Below, one piece after another: positions 49,367 through 59,282 of a stretch of 64,000 bases of DNA. Each line of letters begins with the position of its first letter. The stretch's first letter is position 1. The DNA lies in assembly GCF_965216895.1 (NCBI RefSeq), contig NZ_OZ244205.1:34791-98790 (forward strand), given 5' to 3'. A model generated the notes under the pieces. It searched no databases, was not told the origin of the DNA, and worked only from the letters and a program-made list of their open reading frames with translations. The DNA is from Nisaea sp. GTDB taxonomy: Bacteria > Pseudomonadota > Alphaproteobacteria > Thalassobaculales > Thalassobaculaceae. Position numbers and translations under genes: made by a program.

Positions 49367-49978
49367 ATGACACTGGAAACCGCGCTCGCCTTCGCGCTCG
49401 GTATGGTCATCCTGACCCTTACGCCCGGACCCACGATGCTGACGACCATCGCGAAATCCCTCGCAAGCGGGTTCTGGAGCGGTTTTCAGTACAATATCGG
49501 GGTCTGCATCGGGGACCTGATCTTCCTGATGCTGGCCATCTTCGGTCTGCAGATCGTCGCCGAACTGCTCGGCGACGTCTTCTTCGTCGTAAAATGGGTG
49601 GGGGCGGGCTATCTGCTCTGGCTCGGGACGAAACTCTGGCTGGCGAAGCCGGTTCCGCTCGAGGCGCGGCCGGTCGGTGCGAAGGGGCTGCTGCGAGAGG
49701 TCACGGCCGGGGTTCTGGTCACGCTCGGGAACCCAAAGGTGATCCTGTTCTATGGAGCCCTGCTGCCGACCTTCGTAAAGCTCGACTCGCTGGTCGCAGG
49801 CGATATCGCAATCCTCGCCGGCATTGTCGTGGTCGCAATCGTTGTGGTGAACAACTTCTACGGCCTGATGGCGGCGCGGGCCCGTCGTGTGTTTCGCTCA
49901 GCCCGCGCCGTTCAGGTGCTGAATCGCAGCGCCGGCGGCGTAATGATCGGTACGGGCGTCTTCATTGCCACGCGCTGA
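49367..49978 (+). CDS. LysE/RhtB-family translocator
   Basis: LTPGP, G...GD, KWVGAGYL.WLG, LGNPK.ILFY. Confidence 0.92.
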   Translation: MTLETALAFALGMVILTLTPGPTMLTTIAKSLASGFWSGFQYNIGVCIGDLIFLMLAIFGLQIVAELLGDVFFVVKWVGAGYLLWLGTKLWLAKPVPLEARPVGAKGLLREVTAGVLVTLGNPKVILFYGALLPTFVKLDSLVAGDIAILAGIVVVAIVVVNNFYGLMAARARRVFRSARAVQVLNRSAGGVMIGTGVFIATR

Positions 49979-51427
49979 CCGGCCGGGCGGCGGCGGTGTG
50001 ATCGTCCGGGACGGCGGAAGCAGAACGGAAGCCGCAAGACCGCCACCCGCCAGATTGGTGATCTCCATCGCACCGCCATGCAGTTCAGCAAGGATCCTGC
50101 AGATCGGCAGGCCGAGGCCCGAGCCATGGAAGCCCCGGTCCTCGAATTCGCGTGATCCTGAAAACGGAATCAGCAGACTTTCGGCCTGTTCCTCCGGAAT
50201 CCCGGGACCGGGATCCGTCACGGTAAAGCAGGCGGTGCCGCTGGGTTTGGCTTCGTAGGACATCTCTACGGTTCCGCCTTCGGGGGCGTGTCGCAGGGCG
50301 TTCTCGAGCAGTTTGCCGAGCAGGGAAACCATGAGGTCGCCGTCGACATGCAGTGACGGATTCGTATCGTCCCGTGACACCCGCAGGCGCACATCGCGAT
50401 TGCGCGGCAGAGACGCGGCGTTCGTCTCGGCGCGACTCAGAATGGACGCGACCGGCGTCGGTGCGAAGGCCGGCTCGATTTCGCCGCCCTCGAGCCGGGT
50501 AAGTTCAAGCACGTTCTCGATCAGAAACAGGAGATGGCGGGCGGCCTGATTGATGTTGCCCGCGTAGCTCAGATAGCGCTGGATCGTGTCCGGTCCGAAA
50601 CGCCGACTGCTGACGATCTCGGAGAACCCGACGATGGAGTTCAATGGCGTCCGGATCTCGTCGATCACGCGAGCGACGAAATCGGATTTCGACTGATGCG
50701 CCCGTTCTGCCTTGTCGCGCAGCCGGGTCAGGTCGGCTTCGGTTCTCGTCTGTCGGTCCTGCAGCGCATTGTAGGCCGCCACCACCTGACCGATCTGGTC
50801 CTCGCTCTCCCAGTCGATCGGGATCCGGGCGCCACTGTCGCGCTGGATGTGAATGGCGTTCAGCATCATGTCGAGCGGCTGGCCGACGGTCGCCCGGAGC
50901 ACGAGATGCGCCGCGACTGCGGCAGAAGCGATGAGAGCCAAACCGAGCAGGGAGATATAGACCAGGGAATTGAGGAGGCTCGCGATTGCGGGCCCGTCGC
51001 TCATGCTGACGATGAGCGTTCCGACTCGCTGGTAGCTGTCCTCGCCCATATGGTTGATTGCGATACGTCCGACCAGCGGGTCCGCCTGATCCGGGATCGG
51101 GCCATACTTGTTCAGCACGGAGCCGTGCCGGTCGAGCACGGCAATGGACGCGACATCCCGGTCCGCGATGGTCTGCGCGACCAGAAGGCCGATCCGGTCG
51201 TCGCGCCGGTTGGCGACAGCTTCTCCCAGAAGCAGGGATTGCCGGGCCATCAGCGTATCGAGCTTGCTGGCGAGATCCGCCTTCGACTCGCGGTAGGTGA
51301 CGGTGCCGTAAATGGCGATCAGGACCGCGAAGACGACAACAATGATCGGCACGAACCGGGTCAGATAGCGCGAGCTGATCGATTTCAGGATGGAGTGGTT
51401 CCCGGCGGTGGCGGGCGGGTTAGTCAT
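49898..51427 (-). CDS. Membrane HAMP histidine-kinase homologue with His-to-Asp in the H box (putative pseudokinase)
   Basis: Two TM segments, HAMP, KSDFVARVIDEIRTPLNSIVGFSEI, ENALRH, DPGPGI, GSGLGL. Confidence 0.85.
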   Translation of the reverse strand: MTNPPATAGNHSILKSISSRYLTRFVPIIVVVFAVLIAIYGTVTYRESKADLASKLDTLMARQSLLLGEAVANRRDDRIGLLVAQTIADRDVASIAVLDRHGSVLNKYGPIPDQADPLVGRIAINHMGEDSYQRVGTLIVSMSDGPAIASLLNSLVYISLLGLALIASAAVAAHLVLRATVGQPLDMMLNAIHIQRDSGARIPIDWESEDQIGQVVAAYNALQDRQTRTEADLTRLRDKAERAHQSKSDFVARVIDEIRTPLNSIVGFSEIVSSRRFGPDTIQRYLSYAGNINQAARHLLFLIENVLELTRLEGGEIEPAFAPTPVASILSRAETNAASLPRNRDVRLRVSRDDTNPSLHVDGDLMVSLLGKLLENALRHAPEGGTVEMSYEAKPSGTACFTVTDPGPGIPEEQAESLLIPFSGSREFEDRGFHGSGLGLPICRILAELHGGAMEITNLAGGGLAASVLLPPSRTITPPPPGRSARGNEDARTDHYAAGAAIQHLNGAG

Positions 51428-51926
51428 TCAGGACCGCCGCCGGGATCTTTTCGATCACCGGCCAGGTCCGGTCGGCGATCGCGATGTTCTTGTCGAGCTC
51501 GGCCTTCCAGAGAGTCTGGGTCGCGCGGTCCAGCTGCAGATAGAGCTTTCCTTCGACCAGCGCGAAGACTTCCGGGTCGCCGTCGAACTTCTGGCCGACT
51601 GCGACGCCATAGGCGCAGAAGCCCCCATAGCTCGGCACATAGAGGCGCGGTTCCAGGAGGAACTCCTCACGCCGCGCCGCCGAGGCGAAGTGATAGGTCG
51701 CGCCTTCGTAGGTTGCCGTGAAGGAGGCGTCTCCGCGCTCCGCCTGGCCGGCGGTGAAATAGGCAACGGGATCGTAGCCCCTGAGTGCGACACCGTTCTT
51801 GTCCAGATTGCGCTCCGGAGAGGCGGCGAGAACCTGGCTGCCCCAGAGGAGCACAGCGACGAGAGCGGCAAGCGCCGGCGCCCAGAGAACGGCTGGTTGA
51901 AGGGCTTTGCTGTTGTTGCACTTCAT
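51420..51926 (-). CDS. Exported YHS-domain protein
   Basis: Signal peptide; GYDPVAYF, Y.FAS, P.YGG.CAYG, GKLYL. Confidence 0.88.
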   Translation of the reverse strand: MKCNNSKALQPAVLWAPALAALVAVLLWGSQVLAASPERNLDKNGVALRGYDPVAYFTAGQAERGDASFTATYEGATYHFASAARREEFLLEPRLYVPSYGGFCAYGVAVGQKFDGDPEVFALVEGKLYLQLDRATQTLWKAELDKNIAIADRTWPVIEKIPAAVLND

Positions 51927-52119
51927 GACGAAGGTCCGCGAATCGTTTGCAGATCAAATATCGGGGCAATTCGTTACCAATTTCTAAATACCGCCGCGTC
52001 TCACCCGACGCTCGGAACGGCAATTGTTCCCGCTCGGCGACTGGATCGGGCGGCGGAATCCGTTAGGATGCGGGCCGGAACCGGGAACCGGTGCGACACA
52101 GGCGACAGGAGTCAAGGAA

Positions 52120-53058
52120 ATGGCAAGGCCGACCAGGGTGGAAATTACGGAAGTCGGGCCGCGCGACGGTCTTCAGGCGGAGCCGAAGTTTGTGCCGACG
52201 GAGCTCAAGATCAAGCTGATCAACGAGCTGATCGACGCTGGCGTGAAACGCATGGAATTCTCCTCTTTCGTCTCGCCGCGTGCGGTGCCGCAGCTGGCGG
52301 ACGTGCTTGACGTGCTCGCCGGCATCGATCGGACCAAAGGCGCGGTGCTTGCGGCGCTGGTGCCGAACGCGAAGGGCGCAATCCGCGCCGCCGAGGCGGG
52401 CGTCGACGAGATGATCGTCTTCGTTTCCGCCTCCGAGAGCCACAATCAGAAGAACGTGAACCGGTCGACCGACGAATCCCTTGCCGGCTTCGCCCAGGTC
52501 GCGAAGATTGCCGAGGAAGCGAAAATCCCTGTCTCCGCTGCGATCGCGACCGCTTTCGGCTGCCCGTTCGAAGGCAACGTGCCGGCCGAGCGGCTTGGCT
52601 ATGTCGCCAAGCATTTCGTCGATTTCGGCTTCCAGAGCGTGGCGCTCGGCGACACCACCGGCATGGCGACGCCGCCGCTGGTGTCGCGCAACGTGCGTTA
52701 CCTGAAAGAGCATGTGCCGGGCCTGCCGATCCATCTCCATTTCCACAATACGCGCGGCATCGGCCTGGTGAACGTGGTGGCCGGGCTGGACGAGGGCGTG
52801 ACGCACTACGACAGTTCCTTCGGCGGCGCCGGCGGCTGTCCCTTCGCGCCAAAGGCGACCGGGAACATCTGTACCGAGGATCTGGTCTACCTGATGCACG
52901 AGATGGGGATCGAGACAGGTATAGATCTCGAGAAGCTGATGCATATCGCCGGCGAGGTCGAGGAAGCGCTCGAGCATCCCTTGCCGGGGCAAGTCATGAA
53001 GGCGGGCCCGCGCCTGCAGCTTCATGGCATGGGAGATGTACAGACGGCGGTAGGCTGA
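52120..53058 (+). CDS. HMG-CoA lyase family (DRE-TIM)
   Basis: EVGPRDGLQ, LGDTTG.ATP, LHFHNTRG, GGCPFAP.A.GN..TEDL. Confidence 0.92.
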   Translation: MARPTRVEITEVGPRDGLQAEPKFVPTELKIKLINELIDAGVKRMEFSSFVSPRAVPQLADVLDVLAGIDRTKGAVLAALVPNAKGAIRAAEAGVDEMIVFVSASESHNQKNVNRSTDESLAGFAQVAKIAEEAKIPVSAAIATAFGCPFEGNVPAERLGYVAKHFVDFGFQSVALGDTTGMATPPLVSRNVRYLKEHVPGLPIHLHFHNTRGIGLVNVVAGLDEGVTHYDSSFGGAGGCPFAPKATGNICTEDLVYLMHEMGIETGIDLEKLMHIAGEVEEALEHPLPGQVMKAGPRLQLHGMGDVQTAVG

Positions 53059-53063
53059 CGCGC

Positions 53064-54224
53064 ATGCCTCTTTCCGATATCCGGGTCGTCGATCTGACCC
53101 GCATTCTGGCCGGGCCGTTCTGCAGTCAGTTGCTCGCCGACATGGGCGCCGAAGTGATCAAGGTCGAGACGCCGTCCGGCGACCCCGTCCGTGATCAGGG
53201 CGTCGTCAAGCACGGTGTCAGCTGGTATTTCGCCCAGTTCAACCGCAACAAGCGCTCCGTCGTGCTCGACCTCTATACCGACGAGGGCAAGGAAACGCTC
53301 GCCCGGCTGATCGAGACCGCGGACATCCTGGTCGAGAACTATCGTCCCGGTGTGCTCGCCAAGATGGGGTTCGACCATTCGCGCCTCGACCGGTTGAACC
53401 CGAATCTGATCGTGACCAGCATCAACGGCTACGGCTCGACCGGACCCTATGTCGACCGGCCGTCGTTCGATTTCATCGCCCAGGCGATGAGCGGCTTCAT
53501 GAGCGTGAACGGTGCCGACGGTGGGGACCCCATGCGGGCGGCGCCGCCGATGAGTGATCTCATCGCCGGCCTCTACGCTGCTTTCGGGACCGTGACGGCA
53601 TTGCACGCCCGCGGCCGCATCGGCAAGGGACAGCGGGTCGAATCCTCGCTGACCGGCGGCCTGATCAGCATGTTGGGCTATCTCTCGGCGGAGTATTTCG
53701 CGACGGGCGCGATCCCGAAGCGGACCGGAAACGACCATCCGATCGTAGCGCCCTACGGCCTCTTTCGCGCCTCCGACGGCATGGTTGCCGTGGCGCCGTC
53801 GAACGATGCCTTCGTCGTCCGTTTCCTCGATTGCATCGGGCTCGGACAATTGCTGGAGCGTCCGGATTATGCGACGAACGAGCGCCGCATGCAGAACCGG
53901 CCGGCGCTCAATCAGGCGATCAACGAGACGATGGAGAAAGAGACCGTCGATCACTGGATCGCCGCAATCAACAAGGCCGGCTGTCCCTGCGGACGGGTGA
54001 TGAACCTGGAAGAGGTTTTCAGCGATCCGCAGGTACTGTCTCAGGATCTTGTCTTGGATGTCGAGCAGCCGGATGGTAGCACGATCCGGATGACCGGGTT
54101 CCCGGTCAAGCTATCCGACACACCGGCGAGGCTCCGCCGACCCGTTCCGGCGCTCGGAGCGGACACGGAGGCCGTCCTGGCATCTCTCGGCACGGTGTCC
54201 GAAGACAGAGGAGAATCCGCATGA
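53064..54224 (+). CDS. Class III CoA-transferase (CaiB/BaiF)
   Basis: RV.DLT..LAGP, LAD.GA.VIKVE, NRNKRS..LDL, ENYRPG, FD..AQA.SG. Confidence 0.93.
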   Translation: MPLSDIRVVDLTRILAGPFCSQLLADMGAEVIKVETPSGDPVRDQGVVKHGVSWYFAQFNRNKRSVVLDLYTDEGKETLARLIETADILVENYRPGVLAKMGFDHSRLDRLNPNLIVTSINGYGSTGPYVDRPSFDFIAQAMSGFMSVNGADGGDPMRAAPPMSDLIAGLYAAFGTVTALHARGRIGKGQRVESSLTGGLISMLGYLSAEYFATGAIPKRTGNDHPIVAPYGLFRASDGMVAVAPSNDAFVVRFLDCIGLGQLLERPDYATNERRMQNRPALNQAINETMEKETVDHWIAAINKAGCPCGRVMNLEEVFSDPQVLSQDLVLDVEQPDGSTIRMTGFPVKLSDTPARLRRPVPALGADTEAVLASLGTVSEDRGESA

Positions 54225-55183
54225 GCGACCGCAAGGGTCTGTTCAATACGTCTGCCTATGGCGGTCCCGGCTGGTCCGGACGCGCGCGCTCGCACCGCGA
54301 GGAGATCGGCGATCTCTGGGCGCCGTCCGGCATCGACACCGAGTGGGCGCCGCTGAAGAGCGTGCTGATGCACCGTCCGGGTGCCGAGCTCGACATCTCG
54401 CATAACGACCCGGACGCGGTGCAGATGCTGGCGCCGGTCGATCTCGGGCTCGCCCGGGCCCAGCATGATGCGATCGCCGAGGCCTACAGGGCGAATGGGG
54501 TCGAGGTGCACTATGTCGGCCCGCCGGCGACGCCGTCGCCGAACCAGATGTTCTGCGCCGACCTCTTCGTCATGACGCCCGAAGGCGCGATCCTCGCCCG
54601 CCCGGCCTCGACCGTACGCGCGGGGGAGGAGCGGCAGGTCGCGAGGCGGCTGGCGGATATCGGGGTTCCGGTCCTCAGGACGCTGCGCGGCAACGCGCTG
54701 TTCGAGGGGGCGGACCTGATGTGGCTCGATCCGGAGACCGCGATGATCGGTCTCGGGCAGCGCACCAACGCCGAGGCTGCGATGCAGATCGAGAATGTGA
54801 TGTCCGATATGGGGGTCGAAACGATCCCGGTCGACATGCCGTTCGGCTGCATGCACTTCATGGGACTGCTTCGGATCATCGACAAGGATCTGGCGGTCTG
54901 CTGGTGGCGCCGCACGCCGCATGCGACGGTCCGGACGCTGGAAGAGCGCGGCTACAAGGTGATCTGGCTTCCGGAAGGCCCGGATCTCGAGCTGAACCGG
55001 GCGATGAACATCGTCACTCTCGGTCCGCGCAAGATCCTGATGTGCGCGGGATACGAAGCGGTGCAACAAGTCTACGAGGAGGCCGGCGTGGAATGCGTGA
55101 CGGTCGATTGTTCGGAACTTGTGAAGGCCGCCGGCGCGATGGGCTGCCTCACCGGCGTGCTGCATCGCGAAGCAGTGGCCTGA
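54221..55183 (+). CDS. Amidinotransferase/arginine deiminase superfamily hydrolase
   Basis: SEW..LK-like TEWAPLKSVLMHRP, PNQMF..D, R.GEE, FEGAD, MHF, N..TLGP, catalytic Cys in GAMGCLT. Confidence 0.85.
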   Translation: MSDRKGLFNTSAYGGPGWSGRARSHREEIGDLWAPSGIDTEWAPLKSVLMHRPGAELDISHNDPDAVQMLAPVDLGLARAQHDAIAEAYRANGVEVHYVGPPATPSPNQMFCADLFVMTPEGAILARPASTVRAGEERQVARRLADIGVPVLRTLRGNALFEGADLMWLDPETAMIGLGQRTNAEAAMQIENVMSDMGVETIPVDMPFGCMHFMGLLRIIDKDLAVCWWRRTPHATVRTLEERGYKVIWLPEGPDLELNRAMNIVTLGPRKILMCAGYEAVQQVYEEAGVECVTVDCSELVKAAGAMGCLTGVLHREAVA

Positions 55184-55206
55184 CCTGAAACGGGCGGCCG
55201 CGCGGC

Positions 55207-55419
55207 TCAGAAGTCCGTCGCGCGGCCCTTGTGTTCCCAGTCGCCGAAGCGGGTCGGTTCCGGCCCGTCATAGCCGCCGATCTCCTCCGCATCCGCAGTT
55301 CCTTTGGTCTCCGGCTTCAACTGGGCCGGGACGACGAATTCGTCTGCGTCCAGCACCTTGCGCGTGGCGCCGGAGCGCTTGACCGTGACTTCGGTGAAGC
55401 TTCGTTTCTTCTCGCTCAT
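55207..55419 (-). CDS. DUF1674 (SDHAF4/Sdh8-like) small protein
   Basis: EIGG..GPEPTRFGDWE.KGR..DF. Confidence 0.9.
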   Translation of the reverse strand: MSEKKRSFTEVTVKRSGATRKVLDADEFVVPAQLKPETKGTADAEEIGGYDGPEPTRFGDWEHKGRATDF

Positions 55420-55540
55420 GCGTATCTATATGCGCTCTCGCATCCGCTCCGCCAAGTCTTGATCGGGCGATGGCGGTTCCCACCTATTCTAGCGGTCCAA
55501 AGGTTGCCGGACGGGATCGCAAGAGAGAAAAGAGGGATAG

Positions 55541-56404
55541 ATGGGATACGCACGGACCGCTTTGCTTCTGGCCGGGATGACGGCGCTGTTTCTGGGCGTC
55601 GGATACATGCTTGGCGGCGAGGCGGGCATGCTGATGGCCCTGGTCTTTGCGGCCGGCATGAATCTCTTCACCTACTGGAATGCCGACAAGATGGTGCTCG
55701 GCATGTACGGCGCGCGGGAAATCCAGCGCGGCGATCTGCCCTGGTTCCATGATATGGTCCGGGACCTGGCGGCGCGTGCCGATCTGCCGATGCCGAAGGT
55801 CTACCTGATCGACCAGGCACAGCCGAACGCTTTCGCGACCGGGCGCAATCCGGACAATGCCGCCGTCGCGGCGACCCGGGGTCTGCTGGAACTGATGAGC
55901 CACGAGGAAGTGGCGGGCGTCATGGCGCACGAGCTGGCGCACGTGAAGAACCGAGACACGTTGATCATGACCATCACCGCGACCTTCGCCGGCGCGATCT
56001 CCATGCTGGCGAACTTCGCGCTCTTTTTCGGCGGCAACCGGAACAACCCGCTGGGACTGATCGGCACCCTTGCCATGATGTTCCTCGCTCCCTTGGCCGC
56101 CATGCTGGTGCAGATGGCGATCAGCCGCTCGCGGGAATACGAGGCGGACCGGATCGGGGCCGAGATCTGCGGCCGGCCGCTCTGGCTCGCCTCCGCATTG
56201 GCCAAGCTGGAGAAGGGCGCGCGGACGATCGACAATCACGCCGCCGAGCGGAATCCGGCGACGGCGCACATGTTCATCATCAATCCATTGCACGCCCATG
56301 CCGTTGACAGCCTGTTCTCGACCCACCCGAATACGCGCAACCGCATCGCCGCGCTGGAGCGGATGGCCGGGTCGCGGGGCGCGGTGCAGGGGCCGTGGGG
56401 CTAA
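55541..56404 (+). CDS. htpX: Zinc metalloprotease HtpX
   Basis: [29 protein letters not shown]. Confidence 0.95.
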   Translation: MGYARTALLLAGMTALFLGVGYMLGGEAGMLMALVFAAGMNLFTYWNADKMVLGMYGAREIQRGDLPWFHDMVRDLAARADLPMPKVYLIDQAQPNAFATGRNPDNAAVAATRGLLELMSHEEVAGVMAHELAHVKNRDTLIMTITATFAGAISMLANFALFFGGNRNNPLGLIGTLAMMFLAPLAAMLVQMAISRSREYEADRIGAEICGRPLWLASALAKLEKGARTIDNHAAERNPATAHMFIINPLHAHAVDSLFSTHPNTRNRIAALERMAGSRGAVQGPWG

Positions 56405-56417
56405 GGCGCGCGGGAAA

Positions 56418-57755
56418 CTAGTCTGCGAGGTGGTCGGAGAGCTCGTCCAGGAGGCGCATGACCTCGTCCGAAGCCCTGCTCGCCTCGTAGACAAGTTTGA
56501 TCGCCCCGTCCAGGTCGCCGGAATTGAAGGCCTCCGCCGCCGCGATGCCGGCACGGTGAACCTCGGTGTGCGGCGCGACCAGCGCTTTCCAGGCCGGGTG
56601 GCCGGTCAGTGCGGGGTCGGTCTGCGTGTCGTACCATTTGCCGAGGCGGCAGCTGTGATGGTCGGCGAGTTCGGTCGGGTCGAGAGCCTGGCGCCCTGCC
56701 AGCATCTGTGAGAGACGGCGCATCCAGATCATGTGATCCGATTTCGCTGCGTGAACGGTCGCGTTGGGCGTGCCTTGCTTAACGAATGCATCGATCGACC
56801 TGGCGACGATCGGGGCGGTGCGTTCCAGCGAGGTGATGGCACCATTGATCAGTTCGACGTTCTCGGCGCTCATCCGGGCGATGACCGAAACGCCACTGGC
56901 GATCTCCGAGGTGGCGGCCTCCTGTTCGATCAGGATACCGGCAACCTGCTCCATCCTGTCGGTGACCGAGGTTATGCCGGCCGCGAGGCGCTCCATTTCG
57001 GTTCCGGCGGAATCGATCGAACCGCGACCGTGCTCCACCTTCTCGGCACCATCGCGCATGACCCCGACGATCTCGTCCATTTCGGTGCGCAACTCGGAGA
57101 TCCGCGAACGGATGTCGTCGGTTGCATCGGCGGTCTGGTTCGCCAGTCCCTTCACTTCTCCGGCGACAACCGCGAAACCCTTGCCGGCTTCACCGGCGCG
57201 CGCCGCTTCGATCGTCGCGTTGAGGGCGAGCAGGTTGGTCTGCTTGGCGATGGCTTCGATGGTAGAGACGATCTCACCGATCGTTTTCGAGGCTTCGGCC
57301 AGGGACTCGACTTTTTCCACAGCCGACTGCACGACCTCGAAGACCGACTCCATCGCCGCAACCGCATCCGTGGTCGCACGGCGCCCGGATTCCGAAACCT
57401 CGACGGCGTCCCTGGCTTCGGTCGCAGCGGCCTCCGAAGAGGTGCTGATGCTCTGCACCGTGGCCGAGAGCTCTTCCACCGCCGAAGCAATGGACTGGGT
57501 ACGGTGATCGACCTCTTGAACGGACCTGGTCATCTCCGCGACCTGCCTGACACTGCTGTTGGCCGTGACCGACATCTCGACCCATTGCTTCAGCTGTTCT
57601 TCGGCGTCGAGCGATCCGTTGAGCGCGGCGAGGACTTCCGTGGTGCGTGGGCCGAGATAGGGTTCGATCAGATCGGCACGGCGGGTGAGAAGGGCGTCGA
57701 TGAACGCGTCCGGGATTGATGCGCCGGTCTCTTCTGCTTCGGTCATGGTCGACAT
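56418..57755 (-). CDS. Soluble methyl-accepting chemotaxis protein with C-terminal CZB domain
   Basis: [34 protein letters not shown]; CZB DH..W...[11 protein letters not shown]...H..VH; no TM segment. Confidence 0.93.
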   Translation of the reverse strand: MSTMTEAEETGASIPDAFIDALLTRRADLIEPYLGPRTTEVLAALNGSLDAEEQLKQWVEMSVTANSSVRQVAEMTRSVQEVDHRTQSIASAVEELSATVQSISTSSEAAATEARDAVEVSESGRRATTDAVAAMESVFEVVQSAVEKVESLAEASKTIGEIVSTIEAIAKQTNLLALNATIEAARAGEAGKGFAVVAGEVKGLANQTADATDDIRSRISELRTEMDEIVGVMRDGAEKVEHGRGSIDSAGTEMERLAAGITSVTDRMEQVAGILIEQEAATSEIASGVSVIARMSAENVELINGAITSLERTAPIVARSIDAFVKQGTPNATVHAAKSDHMIWMRRLSQMLAGRQALDPTELADHHSCRLGKWYDTQTDPALTGHPAWKALVAPHTEVHRAGIAAAEAFNSGDLDGAIKLVYEASRASDEVMRLLDELSDHLAD

Positions 57756-57942
57756 ATCCTCGCCCTGTCTTGCCTGATGCGTGGTCGGTCGGCATCACTC
57801 TGGGCGGTTCTGGTTAAATTTTTGCAAAGATTTTATATTCCCGGCTCTGCACGGTTGCCGGCGCGGGGACGATCTGTCCTGCATGGCGGCATTGCAGCGA
57901 ATTCTCTGGCCTGCCGATAGCGAACTGCATTATCCGACGCAG

Positions 57943-59241
57943 ATGGACACAGAACGTAAACAGGATGTCTCCGCGGCCCGGAGCGTGGCCTTTGACCTGC
58001 TCCGCGCGGTTCTGACCAAGAACACGCCGCTCGACGACGCGATCGCGGTGCATGACGGTCTGAACAAACTGCCCCGGCGGGACCGCGGCTTTGCCCGGAG
58101 CATTGTCGGCGTCGCGCTGCGCCGCCTCGGCCAGATCGATGCCCTGATCGAGAGCTTCGTCGAAAAACCGCTGCCGCGTCAGGCGAGCGCCGTGCGTGAC
58201 ATTCTCCGGCTCGCGGTCGGCGAGTTGATGTTTCTCGACGTGGCGCCCCATGCCGCCGTCGACAGCGCGGTGACGCTCGTTGAGAGCCGCGGACATCCGA
58301 AATTCAAGGGACTGGTCAACGCGGTGCTCCGCAGGACGGCCAAAGAAGGCCGTGAGCGACTCGCCGACCTGCCTGTGGAGCTCAATTATCAGTCCTGGAT
58401 GATCGAGAGCTGGCAGGCGGCCTACGGCGCCGATACCGCGCATGTGATCGCCGAGTCGTCCCTGACCGCGCCGACGCTCGACATCTCGGTGAAGGCCGAT
58501 CCGGAGATCTGGGCCGAAAAACTTGAGGCGTCGCTGCTGCCGACCGGCTCGCTGCGCCGCGAATTCGACGGTGCGGTCACCGGTCTGCCGGGTTTCGACG
58601 AGGGCGCCTGGTGGGTGCAGGATGCGGCCGCCGCGCTGCCGGCGAAGCTGCTCGGCGACATCCGGGGCAAGCGGATTTTCGATCTCTGCGCGGCGCCCGG
58701 CGGCAAGACGCTCCAGCTCGCCGCCATGGGCGCGAATGTGCTTGCGGTAGACCGTTCGCCGAAGCGCCTGAAGCGGTTGGAGCGCAATCTCGACCGGCTT
58801 GACCTGCGGGCAGGTGTCGCGGCGGCCGACATCACCGGCTGGACGCCGCCTTCTCAGCCCGACGCGATCCTGCTCGACCCGCCCTGCACGGCGACCGGCA
58901 CGATCAGGCGTCACCCCGACATCCTCCATGCCAAGGGGATTGGTGACCTTGCGAAACTGACCAATCTGCAGTTCCGGCTGCTGGCAAGAGCGGCGGGAAT
59001 GCTAGGCCCGGGCGGTCGGCTGGTCTATTGCACCTGCTCGATGCAGTCGGAGGAGGGCGAGTCCCAGGTTGCACGCGCGCTGACCGAGTTGCCGCTGGAG
59101 CGCGACCCGGTTACCGCGGACGAACTCGGCGGTCTCGACAGGCTCTTGACGGCCGACGGCGACATCCGCACTGGCCCGCATCTCTACAGGGAACTCGGCG
59201 GTTTTGACGGGTTCTTCATCGCAAGGTTCCGGAAGAAATAG
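57943..59241 (+). CDS. rsmB: RsmB/NOP2-family (Fmu/Sun) RNA m5C methyltransferase with NusB-like N-terminus
   Basis: VQDAAA, DLCAAPGGKT, LDPPCTATGTIRRHPD, YCTCS, DGFF.AR; start uncertain (57883 or 57943). Confidence 0.88.
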   Translation: MDTERKQDVSAARSVAFDLLRAVLTKNTPLDDAIAVHDGLNKLPRRDRGFARSIVGVALRRLGQIDALIESFVEKPLPRQASAVRDILRLAVGELMFLDVAPHAAVDSAVTLVESRGHPKFKGLVNAVLRRTAKEGRERLADLPVELNYQSWMIESWQAAYGADTAHVIAESSLTAPTLDISVKADPEIWAEKLEASLLPTGSLRREFDGAVTGLPGFDEGAWWVQDAAAALPAKLLGDIRGKRIFDLCAAPGGKTLQLAAMGANVLAVDRSPKRLKRLERNLDRLDLRAGVAAADITGWTPPSQPDAILLDPPCTATGTIRRHPDILHAKGIGDLAKLTNLQFRLLARAAGMLGPGGRLVYCTCSMQSEEGESQVARALTELPLERDPVTADELGGLDRLLTADGDIRTGPHLYRELGGFDGFFIARFRKK

Positions 59242-59282
59242 GTACTCTTGTCCCCTGCGGGGCAACCTGATAGGTGAAGGCC

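Noticed and set aside
51420-51926. Selenocysteine in the YHS protein (the family is often labelled seleno-)
   Set aside because: No in-frame TGA; the position is Cys (GGFCAYG)
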